From an uncultured Bacteriovoracaceae bacterium (GTDB lineage Bacteria > Bdellovibrionota > UBA2394), in contig CAZVFP010000007.1 in the NCBI GenBank assembly GCA_964626465.1, forward strand, positions 953-64,952: a stretch of 64,000 bases of DNA. Direction: 5' to 3'. Numbering within the stretch: position 1 is the first letter of the stretch; each line of letters starts with the position of its first letter. The notes below the pieces were generated by a model. It was not told where the DNA came from. It was given only the letters and a program-made list of their open reading frames with translations, and did no database searches. This document shows, piece by piece, positions 28,891 through 37,849 of this stretch. The position numbers and the translations under genes were made by a program.

Positions 28891-29031
28891 AAGTTTATTC
28901 TATCGCTAAATCTTTCATGAGTGTGGCCTCTTAAAATATAAGTAAAATCATGTGATTACGGCTTGTCCGGAGATCTCGGAAATTCCTGTCGGCCGACGGC
29001 CGTATTCTTCGCTCTTGAGCCCTTTTAAAGC

Positions 29032-30039
29032 TTGGTCATCGTTTTTGCATTCTGGTTTTGCATGAAAAATTTTAAATGGAAGTTTGGATGGCCGATTTCA
29101 TACTGTGCATTTTATCTGATGTCGACGCAGGCTGGATTGAATGCGCAGAGCTCAAATGATGATATTTTAGAGGCCGCTTCGATTGAACTTTCGGGGATTG
29201 AAGGCATTGATTTGACTGAAAGCCAGAGTGGGCAGTTGACTCTGAAGGGCGTCATTCTTCGAAAGTCTGATATTAAAAGAGTTCACGAATTCATTGAGAA
29301 ACATCCTGAAATTAAAGATCGATCTCGAATCGATGATGAGATTAAGGCGTCCGGAACTCGTTCTGCTCCAGCGGCGACGATCTTTTTGGAAGTAGCTTTG
29401 ATTGAAGTGAAAAAATCTGCGTTTCGAAGTGTTGGAATGAGGACTTCAGATATCTTGGATGTCGAATCCTCGTTTTCGGCCGGGTCTCGAAACCAGTTGC
29501 ATGTTGGAACAGGAGATCCAGTTCGGGCATTTCTTGATATTGCTCTTCAAAAGGGAGAGGCGAGAATCCATTCAAAGCAATCTCTCGTTGCGGACGAAGG
29601 CAAGGTTGGGATGTTTCAAGTTGGAGGGCAATTCCCCATCAAGATTCTAAGTGGGCCAATTTCAAAAGTTGAGTTTATGAATTACGGATTAATTTTGAAA
29701 TTTAAGGCGCACCTTAAAAATCGGGACAGAGTTCAATTGCAGATCCAGTCTGAAATTTCAGATATCGATATGGGAAGTTTGATTGATGGAATTCCTGTGA
29801 TGTCAAAAAAAGATCTTAGGACGGAAGTGACTCTCAAAATCGACGAAATGATGGCTATCGGAGGAATAATCAAAGCGTCTCAATCTGATCATCAGGAAGG
29901 AGTTCCAGGAATTTCTGAAGTTCCTGTTTTGGGCAGGCTGTTTCGAAGCGAAGATTTTCGAAAACACCGGAGTGAAGCTTATATTTTTGTACATGTGAAG
30001 AAAATGGATAAACCATGGCTGCCGAGTCCAGATCTATGA
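29032..30039 (+). CDS. cpaC: short secretin of the type II/III secretion family (CpaC/RcpA-like, Tad/Flp-type)
   Basis: C-terminal secretin motif VPGISEVPVLGRLFRSEDF...YIFVHVK. The 335-aa size is typical of Tad secretins rather than GspD/PilQ. An N-terminal signal-like segment is present. Confidence 0.75.
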   Translation: MVIVFAFWFCMKNFKWKFGWPISYCAFYLMSTQAGLNAQSSNDDILEAASIELSGIEGIDLTESQSGQLTLKGVILRKSDIKRVHEFIEKHPEIKDRSRIDDEIKASGTRSAPAATIFLEVALIEVKKSAFRSVGMRTSDILDVESSFSAGSRNQLHVGTGDPVRAFLDIALQKGEARIHSKQSLVADEGKVGMFQVGGQFPIKILSGPISKVEFMNYGLILKFKAHLKNRDRVQLQIQSEISDIDMGSLIDGIPVMSKKDLRTEVTLKIDEMMAIGGIIKASQSDHQEGVPGISEVPVLGRLFRSEDFRKHRSEAYIFVHVKKMDKPWLPSPDL

Positions 30040-31394
30040 ATTTGTGGATTATTATTCATAAGGACGGTTTGATTCGGTTTTCAAGAATTGCCCCGAAACA
30101 TACCGTTGGTAGTGCTCAGTCAAATCAGATTCGCGTGACAGATCCAGAATTTCCCGCGCTTCATGGGCAATTCGTTGAAGAGAGAGAAGATTTGCTTTAC
30201 TGCGATTTTGATAGGCGGACTAAGATTAAAGTCTTTTCTGGATATTCCGCAAATTGGTGTGAGCTCTCAGTCTGGATTTCCGATATTGATTCTTATATTG
30301 CAGATCATAAAGATATTATTCTCGGTGAGTTGAGAACTTTGTTGAGAAAGTCTCAAACCATCGAAACGATTCTCAGTTGGGTCAAGAGCGATTGGATGAG
30401 CGACACCGAATTGCCCGAAGAGCTTGAGGGGTTCATTCGAGCACATCTCAAAGAGCTCGAATGCGAAAGTCCCATCGAGACCTTGCTTGAGGATCCTGAG
30501 GTCACCGATATTTTAGTTGAAGGTTACGATCAGATTTGGGTGGAACGCTCCGGAGCTCTGTCGCTCGCTGCGCATAAATTTACGTCGCCATCCTCTTATG
30601 CGATTTATATCGAGAATATTCTTACTCAAGCGCATAAATCGATCGATGAAAGTTCTCCGTTTGTGGATTTTATGCTTTCAGGTGGAGCGCGAGCCCATGT
30701 GATTGGACCGCCGACGACTCTAGGAGAATATTATCTTTCGATAAGAAAAATTAGATCGAAAACTTGGAGCCTAGATGAACTCTGTGCCAGGCAAATGATC
30801 TCTCAAAATTTTCTTCTTGAGATGAGGAGAGCAATCTTCAATCGACAGAATATTCTCGTCTCCGGGGCGACGGGCAGCGGAAAGACGACTTTGCTGAAGG
30901 CAATCATTAATGAAATTCCTGCTGAAGAGCGATTGATTGTGATTGAGGACTCTGTCGAGCTAAAAATGAAGAGATCCAATGCCTCGTTTATGTATACTCG
31001 TCAGGACTCACGAGGTCTTTTTCCTCCAATTACGATTCGAGATTTAGTGAAACAGTCCCTTCGTATGCGTCCTGATCGAATCATTATCGGTGAAGTGCGC
31101 GGAGAAGAAGCGATGGATCTCTTGCACGCAATGAACACAGGGCATCGGGGCTGCTTCGCAAGCATTCATGCGAATTCAACGCGTGATGCACTGTCCCGCC
31201 TTCAGGGCCTCGTTCGAATGTCGTCGGCATCCTTGAGTGAAACGCTTGTGCAGGAATGGATCGGCAAAAATATTCATTTTCTTATCCATTGTGGTCGATC
31301 GTTGGGCGGTGAACGGCGAGTCATGGAATCCGCTTGGGTTCGAGGATTGGATGGTTCTCGCGTTTTATTAGAGGTCAACGGCCATGGCTCATGA
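30015..31394 (+). CDS. cpaF: CpaF/TadA-family secretion ATPase with N-terminal FHA domain
   Basis: Walker [16 protein letters not shown], Asp box [10 protein letters not shown], Walker B/His box ([24 protein letters not shown]). The N-terminal [25 protein letters not shown] fits an FHA fold. Confidence 0.85.
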   Translation: MAAESRSMNLWIIIHKDGLIRFSRIAPKHTVGSAQSNQIRVTDPEFPALHGQFVEEREDLLYCDFDRRTKIKVFSGYSANWCELSVWISDIDSYIADHKDIILGELRTLLRKSQTIETILSWVKSDWMSDTELPEELEGFIRAHLKELECESPIETLLEDPEVTDILVEGYDQIWVERSGALSLAAHKFTSPSSYAIYIENILTQAHKSIDESSPFVDFMLSGGARAHVIGPPTTLGEYYLSIRKIRSKTWSLDELCARQMISQNFLLEMRRAIFNRQNILVSGATGSGKTTLLKAIINEIPAEERLIVIEDSVELKMKRSNASFMYTRQDSRGLFPPITIRDLVKQSLRMRPDRIIIGEVRGEEAMDLLHAMNTGHRGCFASIHANSTRDALSRLQGLVRMSSASLSETLVQEWIGKNIHFLIHCGRSLGGERRVMESAWVRGLDGSRVLLEVNGHGS

Positions 31395-32358
31395 GCTCAG
31401 AGACTGTGATCTCACTCGGATTTCATGGTATCTTGTGACGTCGTTGAGAGCCGGCCGGGATTGGTTCGGTTCGCTCGAGATGATCTCGTTGCGGGATCCA
31501 GAACCCAGGGTCAGATATTATTTTTCAGAATTTATCAAGACCTCCAAAATTGAAGGCGTTGAATCTGCTATTCGAAGATTTATTCGGCAAGCCGACTCAA
31601 CATTGGTTCGTCTTTTTTTACATGTCCTCTTGCAGTCTCAAAGGGGCTCAATTCAGTTGTCAAAAATGTTGGAGCAATTTGGTAATCTCGCTTATCGAAC
31701 TGGTCAATTGAAAAGAAAACATCAGGAGCTCCAATTTACGCCTAGATTTCAAATGTGGGGGACTCTGACGGTTACTTGTTTTCTCGTTTTTATAGTCCCA
31801 TTGATATCTCCGATACATATGCCGACGTTTTTGTCGCAGGGCCGTAGCGATCTATTCTTTGCCGGTGTGTCTTTGATTGTGATGGGATTCATACTCATGG
31901 AGTGGTTATCATGGAAGACTCGGCGATATTTTGAGCCGATGATTCAGATGACTTTTTTTTTCTCGTTTCTGGGTTTTTTTGTCGAATCTGGTTTGGATCT
32001 GGTGACAAGCTGGAAGTCTTCACTTGAAATGATTTCTTTCCCCTCGGATCTTAGAAGAAAATTGGAGCGCCCCGATCTTAACGCTGATGGAATGGCTCAA
32101 TTCTTGAAAACCTTAGCTGTCACTTTGAAAGAGCCCTGGCCGTCCATTTTGACGGGCCTTGTTTGGGTATCGGAGACAGGATTAGGCGTGGCAGATTTTC
32201 TGAAATGGACTAGTCAGCGAGAATCGGAACGATGGGAACAGGTCTGGGAAAATCAAATTAAAAATTCATCCGCCTTTTCAATTATTCCACTGCTTCTATT
32301 TATTTTCCCGGGAGCCATGTTTCTCATGATAGGGCCGCAGCTTTTGGAGATTCAATGA
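31384..32358 (+). CDS. T2SS-F family inner-membrane platform protein (TadB/TadC-like), divergent
   Basis: 324-aa polytopic protein with two halves, each resembling the T2SSF repeat. It overlaps the cpaF stop by 11 nt. The similarity is weak. Confidence 0.5.
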   Translation: MAHELRDCDLTRISWYLVTSLRAGRDWFGSLEMISLRDPEPRVRYYFSEFIKTSKIEGVESAIRRFIRQADSTLVRLFLHVLLQSQRGSIQLSKMLEQFGNLAYRTGQLKRKHQELQFTPRFQMWGTLTVTCFLVFIVPLISPIHMPTFLSQGRSDLFFAGVSLIVMGFILMEWLSWKTRRYFEPMIQMTFFFSFLGFFVESGLDLVTSWKSSLEMISFPSDLRRKLERPDLNADGMAQFLKTLAVTLKEPWPSILTGLVWVSETGLGVADFLKWTSQRESERWEQVWENQIKNSSAFSIIPLLLFIFPGAMFLMIGPQLLEIQ

Positions 32359-33248
32359 AGTTTCTGAAGATCAATCGAATTCGTGTATGGAATCCACATA
32401 CCGCAAGGGTTAGCGAGCGTTGGTTCTGGAAATCGGAGGCGCTGATAGGTTCCGATCGAAAATGTGGAGTCCGAATCCGGGAGCTTCAGGGCCTCATGGC
32501 TCGCATCGACTTTGGCCAAAAAGAGATCATCTATATAAATAGTGGAAAGATTGAGAAATTGAAGGTGGGAGAGCTTTTTCAAATCGAGGCATACGTATTT
32601 CAATGGTCTGAATTAGATCTTTCTAGGGCAATGACTTTTGGTACTCTTGTTTCTATTGCTTCAATAATCATTTTTTTAATTCTACTTTTTGTGTGGAAAT
32701 CACACCGTGCTGAGCAATGCAGCCACGATGCATTTCAACGGACACATGGACCATGGAAAAAAAGTTCGCCGATTACAGGGCAATTATTCGAAAGACGTAT
32801 TGATTTCAGAAAGGCACTCGACGAAAAATCATGGCTAAAGGCACTTGCAGAGTTAAACTCGATACGTGAAATGACTTATTCTCAGGAGCTTCCAAAAACT
32901 TGTTTGCCGGCCACTGCTTTTGAAAAGTTAGAATTGGAGTTCGCTGAGGGAATCATTCGCGACTACCTTTCAAAAAATGAACTTGAGCGCGCCGCCAATG
33001 AGTTGAAAAAAATCGGCCATTTGAGTGGCGCAGATGGTTGGAATCGATTGCAAAAGATAGTTTTAAAAAACGCTCGCAGCGTTTATCTGAAAGGTTATCG
33101 TATGGACGATGAAGTTTCAGAAGATGCGCAAGGGCTTATGGACAGCGCCGAGTCTGTTTGCCTTGCGCTTTCTCTTAGTTCTCGTTGTTTTTTGCAACAA
33201 ACATCGCATCAAAAAGTTCCATCACTCGAGAGACAGTCTCTGGAGTGA
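32355..33248 (+). CDS. FHA-domain membrane protein co-transcribed with the Tad-like genes
   Basis: N-terminal SEALIGSDRKCGVRIRELQGLMARIDFGQKEIIYINSGK (FHA-like), one TM (FGTLVSIASIIIFLILLFVW), and a C-terminal helical domain. It overlaps the upstream gene by 4 nt. Confidence 0.45.
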   Translation: MKFLKINRIRVWNPHTARVSERWFWKSEALIGSDRKCGVRIRELQGLMARIDFGQKEIIYINSGKIEKLKVGELFQIEAYVFQWSELDLSRAMTFGTLVSIASIIIFLILLFVWKSHRAEQCSHDAFQRTHGPWKKSSPITGQLFERRIDFRKALDEKSWLKALAELNSIREMTYSQELPKTCLPATAFEKLELEFAEGIIRDYLSKNELERAANELKKIGHLSGADGWNRLQKIVLKNARSVYLKGYRMDDEVSEDAQGLMDSAESVCLALSLSSRCFLQQTSHQKVPSLERQSLE

Positions 33249-35541
33249 CATGACGCTCGTCTGGTTCCCAAGCATTCTTTGAACAGTTCATCACAAGTTC
33301 GTAGCTGGGAAGATAGTAGACGCCAGTATTTTTTCGGACGACTTCCTCGGCTGCGACTCGTAGCACAGCTTTCGAATGACCGTTCGCAGTGATCACATGA
33401 CATTCGTCCGCTCGACCTGTTGCAAGAAACGGAATCGGAGACACCGTTAGTATTAATTTGAAATCAGGATTGTATCGCCGAACCGTGTGCAGGAAGGCCT
33501 CGATGTTTTCAATATTTTCCTGAACCGTGAGCGTTCGATGTTTCAGAATAGCGCTGAGGCCCGAAGAGTGGGGATTTCTAGAGATCACAGCCTCATCGTT
33601 GGCGAGTTGCCAGCATTCGTTAAGGCCTAGGGTCAGTACGAATACCTTGCAATTCATGAGCGCTCGCTTTGAGGCTTCGAGATGTCGCTTATAGTCTTTC
33701 TCGAAGGCTTCTTGTGAGAGAAAGAATAGGTTTTCGCGAAACGGATCAACATAGAAAGTGGTTCCGTCAGCTTGTTGTTGCACGAGCAATTTTGGAAGTG
33801 GTTTTATTCCAAATGAGTGTTCAGCTATTTGTCTGAAACTTGGGGTATTGAAGAGAATGCCCCATGCACTAGAAAATTTTTCATATTCTGTTTCGTCGCC
33901 ATCGCAGAAGATTCCTTCATCTGGACGATGAGATCTCTCTGTAACGACATAGTTGAATCCTCGCCTTTGTAGATTGTAAGCAATTTCGAATGCGAAACAA
34001 CTTCCAGCTGATCCAATGGGCGTTTCTTTGTTTACGATTCCATGATTTTTTACGAGAGGCAGAGTTTCGTAGATGGATTTTCCATCTGGTCGAGTTGGAT
34101 TTGGCCAAAAAATCGCATCTGGATTGTCCTTTCCAGTTTTTAGATAGGCCGTCATGGAGTGTTTGGCATTTTTTTCGTAGTGTTGGAGATCCAAGATAGC
34201 TTGATGTGTTTGGAGGCTGTTTAATGGAAGTTCAAACTGGGCAGGACTCCGTAGCGCTTCGTGCATGATTCTTCTGAGATCAAACATTGAAGTGATGGGC
34301 TCTTTCACTTTTCCTAACCACTTACAGATCTCATTTTTGAAATCTCGCTCACTCCAAATCATTTTTGCGTAGAACTGGGCCATTTTAATATGAGTCCAGT
34401 TTTCAACTTGATTCAGAACGACGGTATCATCATTCATCTGAATTGGACTCTCCACCAAGGTGGTCGCTGGTTGTGACTTGTCGAATGAGTAAAAAAGTCG
34501 AAATACATGTTTGTAGGGGAGCTTCGAAAGTCTGGACTGATCATTTTCAGGCAATTGAGAAATAGGTAGAGATTGAATGGTCTGTTGAAAAAATGGCGAA
34601 ATTCCAAAAGTGATTTGGAGGATCAGCCTGTTTCTGTTCTTGGGCAAGAGGCCTTTGTGAATTCCGCGCGTATCGACCATGAACCTGCTTCCAGATGTTC
34701 CTGTGAAATAGGCTGGGTCGGTCTGAAAATATTTCTGTACGTCTTCGTCTGACTTACGAAGAGAGCTGATATAAAATTTGTCGAAACGCTCGATTTCGCC
34801 GGCAAATTTTTCTCTGGTTTCGACAACTTTGTCAAAGTGATGAGTGCCTGGTACGTATACATGCGGCCCAGAATCCATATCAACATCCGTGAGATACAAG
34901 AATAGCTTGCAGAATTTGTAATCGTCATAGTCATAGTGATAGAACTGAGCATGCTTCGGCGCTTCTCTGCCGGCAATCGACCACCACGCGGCAGTGACGA
35001 TCACTGTCGGAATTGTTCCTAAGTATCTTTCGGCGATTGCCAACACTTCTGGGTCTGTCGCGATATCCAGAAAATGAGGGCATTTTAAAATCGTATCAAC
35101 AGGAAATTCCGCGACATTGGCGTGGTTAAAATCCTTTAGATCGATCAATTCATTATTTTCACCGAGAACTTTCTGCTGAGAAAAATATTCTCTCATGGTT
35201 GTGGCGATCTTTGGATCAATGCCAGGAAGATAGGTGAACCCTCGGCCGTCAATATCTTCACAGTATTTTCTGACATTCGGATCAAAGAGTTTTTCGAAGG
35301 ACGGCAAACCTAATTGATTATGGTTATACTGATCGATCGCCTTGATCATCAGTTTCGCTAGGCCCGGCTGCGTGAAGCAGGCCATCGAGGCGTGATAGTG
35401 CCGCTCTCGTGCATATTGAACATCGTGAAGTTTTTGAGAGTCGATGTTCAATACTTTTAATAGCGGGCTGAATTGATCTTTGCCTTCAATGAAATTTTGA
35501 AATCCGTTGTACCACTGACTGGTTTGTTCGAGATGATTCAT
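33175..35541 (-). CDS. fusion protein: N-terminal PhyH-type Fe(II)/2-oxoglutarate dioxygenase domain + C-terminal GSCFA domain
   Basis: N-terminus AQFYHYDYDD...LFLYLTDVDMDSGPHVYVPGTHH...TRGIHKGL...R shows the PhyH H-x-D...H...R arrangement. C-terminus PIGSAGSCFAFEIAYNL is the eponymous GSCFA motif (PF08885-like). Confidence 0.65.
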   Translation of the reverse strand: MNHLEQTSQWYNGFQNFIEGKDQFSPLLKVLNIDSQKLHDVQYARERHYHASMACFTQPGLAKLMIKAIDQYNHNQLGLPSFEKLFDPNVRKYCEDIDGRGFTYLPGIDPKIATTMREYFSQQKVLGENNELIDLKDFNHANVAEFPVDTILKCPHFLDIATDPEVLAIAERYLGTIPTVIVTAAWWSIAGREAPKHAQFYHYDYDDYKFCKLFLYLTDVDMDSGPHVYVPGTHHFDKVVETREKFAGEIERFDKFYISSLRKSDEDVQKYFQTDPAYFTGTSGSRFMVDTRGIHKGLLPKNRNRLILQITFGISPFFQQTIQSLPISQLPENDQSRLSKLPYKHVFRLFYSFDKSQPATTLVESPIQMNDDTVVLNQVENWTHIKMAQFYAKMIWSERDFKNEICKWLGKVKEPITSMFDLRRIMHEALRSPAQFELPLNSLQTHQAILDLQHYEKNAKHSMTAYLKTGKDNPDAIFWPNPTRPDGKSIYETLPLVKNHGIVNKETPIGSAGSCFAFEIAYNLQRRGFNYVVTERSHRPDEGIFCDGDETEYEKFSSAWGILFNTPSFRQIAEHSFGIKPLPKLLVQQQADGTTFYVDPFRENLFFLSQEAFEKDYKRHLEASKRALMNCKVFVLTLGLNECWQLANDEAVISRNPHSSGLSAILKHRTLTVQENIENIEAFLHTVRRYNPDFKLILTVSPIPFLATGRADECHVITANGHSKAVLRVAAEEVVRKNTGVYYLPSYELVMNCSKNAWEPDERHVTPETVSRVMELFDAMFVAKNNEN

Positions 35542-35696
35542 GACTGTCCTCTACTGTTGGTATTTGTAACTCACCTCCTATTCTAACATCCGTGGATTTT
35601 TGCTGCTGAGAATCAAACGGTGAGGATTTGCGCTCGGCGTCAGCAGATTTATTATTTAGGCGAAGCCCCATTGGGTTTAGATGCTAAAATTAGAGC

Positions 35697-36515
35697 ATGC
35701 AAAAAGATCAAACGAACACAAATCTACCTGAACTAGAAAATGTATTTCTTACCGAGGAAGATGTGCAAGAGATCAGCAATATGATTTCGCAGGACCAGTC
35801 ACTCTTGCTGCAGATCGAGCAAGTGAGAGGTCTGCTTGCAAATTCGAGATTGAAGAAATTATCTGAAAAAGATATTCGAACACTCAGAGATCACGATAAA
35901 TCAGTGATCACAAACGCCATAGAACACAATATGGATGGCCTTGTTCGAGGTATGGCCTTGAGCCGTCCAGAATTACTGATTGGTCCGTTGTTTAGTCTCG
36001 ATTTAGTCAGAACACGAGTTCGTTCATTAAAATTTTTGTCAGTTGGGCCAAGAAGCGAAGCAGAATTATTCGGCTTGATGGCGAGGGGCGTTCCCGTGAC
36101 ACACCTGAGGGGGCTGGATCTCATCTCCTATTCGCCCTATGTAGATCTTGGTGATATGCATCACATGCCGTATCCAGATAAGAGCTTTGATGTGATTATT
36201 CTCGGATGGGTTTTGGCCTATAGCAAGGATCATAAAAAGGTGAGAGAAGAAGTTTTAAGAGTTGCAAAACCTGGAGCTATCCTTGCAATCGGTTGTGAAT
36301 ATCATCCCATGTCTACGGAACAGCTGAGACAAATGGGGGGGCACCTGCAAGGGGATTATCCGCGATTCTATCATACTGATGATATTTTTAAGATCTTTGA
36401 GGGTCACATAGACACGGTCTTCTTTAAACACGACATCCTTCCGGAGATGAGGGGCCGTGTGGGATCTGTGATGACGGTTTTTCGCTTAAAGCAAGATGCT
36501 CGGCTCGAGAGTTAA
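35697..36515 (+). CDS. class I SAM-dependent methyltransferase
   Basis: LDLISYSPYVDLGDMHHMPYPDKSFDVIILGWVLAY...VAKPGAILAIG shows Methyltransf_11-type motifs I, post-I and II. Confidence 0.7.
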   Translation: MQKDQTNTNLPELENVFLTEEDVQEISNMISQDQSLLLQIEQVRGLLANSRLKKLSEKDIRTLRDHDKSVITNAIEHNMDGLVRGMALSRPELLIGPLFSLDLVRTRVRSLKFLSVGPRSEAELFGLMARGVPVTHLRGLDLISYSPYVDLGDMHHMPYPDKSFDVIILGWVLAYSKDHKKVREEVLRVAKPGAILAIGCEYHPMSTEQLRQMGGHLQGDYPRFYHTDDIFKIFEGHIDTVFFKHDILPEMRGRVGSVMTVFRLKQDARLES

Positions 36516-36518
36516 TTC

Positions 36519-37772
36519 TTAGAGGCCGAAAAACTGACAGGCTTGATCGATAAGCTTTTCGAGTCGGGTCTTGTACGTATGATCTGCCTTAACTCGCAGA
36601 TGTCCTCGTTCTATCATCTCGCGTCTAAGGCGATCGTTTTTTAGAAAGAAGTTAATTTTGTCTTCTAGTTCTTCCTGAGATCCGTAGGTTGCGATTTCAT
36701 CCTCTTGGAACAGTTCTTCAAGTTCTTCACGATAGTCTGTAAGCGGAAATCCATGTGCCGCAAGAATATTGTAGGGCCTCTCATGAACACCGGTAGAAAA
36801 ATGGTACTTTGTGAAGTGAAGGTTGATTTTAGATCCTGCGTAACAGGCAACAAGTTCATCCTCACTGAGGCTTCGTGTGTCGTGAATATAGTCACATAGG
36901 GAGTTTCTCCAAAGCTCTGATCCATAAACCCGAATATCAAACTTACGAAGATCGTTCAGCAGATTTGTGAGACGCATCCACGAATAAAATGAATTAAGCC
37001 GGCCACGGTCAATAGACAGATTTCCAGCTGTATCCGTAGATACCTGCTCACCAATCGTTTGAATCAGTCTCGATAGACCAGATCGAAATTCTTTTGGCGT
37101 GCGAAAATCTGAATTAAAAAATTTGACCATTTCATCTGTAAACAAAGCTTGGTGATCTGTTTCTACAAAATCATAAAGTGATTGGGCATACCCCTCACCC
37201 AAGGCGCTTGCGAAATTTTGATGCGTGTCGGGAGGGGATTCGAGTTCGATAATTTGACTGCCAACAAATGTTATATCCAAATCGAATTTCGTCTTCAGTT
37301 GCTCGAAGCTGGGGCTTCGCCGGAGATGGAAAAAATGTTCGCCTGCTGCGATGGGTAAATGAACGAATGGCAGGCCTCGCTGGCTGAAGAATGAACGATC
37401 ACTTGCTTCGACCGACATGAAGAGAGTGCTCTGAGGGTAGGGAGGAGATTGCCAAAGCTTGAGCAAGAAAGGCGGGTCGTTGAATTCAACCGTGTCGTGA
37501 TACCAGACAACGAAACGATGTTTTTGATTTTGAAAAAAATCCTTATAGGTTTGCTCGTTAGTTTGTGGCGAATTGATTAGGTAAAAATTTCGGCTAAGGC
37601 AAAAATCTGGCTGGATCTGGTCCAGAGCATCTATCAATTCTTGAAAGCTATTGAGTTTATAGCCCAGAATTTCGATCACTTCGTGGCCATTTTGAGTGAT
37701 TCCCACTTTTATCGATCTAGACCATCGTTCTCCAAAGTCGAGAAACGCGATTCTAAGCTTTCGAGACATCAA
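36519..37772 (-). CDS. CgeB-like glycosyltransferase (DUF3880 + GT1-type C-terminal domain), paralog 2 of 3
   Basis: ILAAHGFPLTDYREELEELFQEDEIATYGSQEELEDKINFFLKNDRLRREMIERGHLRVKADHTY is the CgeB C-terminal signature. The N-terminus MMSRKLRIAFLDFGERWS is DUF3880-like. Confidence 0.6.
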   Translation of the reverse strand: MMSRKLRIAFLDFGERWSRSIKVGITQNGHEVIEILGYKLNSFQELIDALDQIQPDFCLSRNFYLINSPQTNEQTYKDFFQNQKHRFVVWYHDTVEFNDPPFLLKLWQSPPYPQSTLFMSVEASDRSFFSQRGLPFVHLPIAAGEHFFHLRRSPSFEQLKTKFDLDITFVGSQIIELESPPDTHQNFASALGEGYAQSLYDFVETDHQALFTDEMVKFFNSDFRTPKEFRSGLSRLIQTIGEQVSTDTAGNLSIDRGRLNSFYSWMRLTNLLNDLRKFDIRVYGSELWRNSLCDYIHDTRSLSEDELVACYAGSKINLHFTKYHFSTGVHERPYNILAAHGFPLTDYREELEELFQEDEIATYGSQEELEDKINFFLKNDRLRREMIERGHLRVKADHTYKTRLEKLIDQACQFFGL

Positions 37773-37849
37773 ATGATTTTCATCCTTTTTGAATCAGAAT
37801 GGGAGCTCAATTTTCTGAATATTCGTAGAGATATCCAAATTGCTGCGAA

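Noticed and set aside
28891-29031. GC palindrome TCGGCCGACGGCCG upstream of the secretin gene
   Set aside because: It is a short, self-complementary GC-rich run in a divergent promoter region with no recognisable operator half-site spacing. This is insufficient to call a regulatory site.
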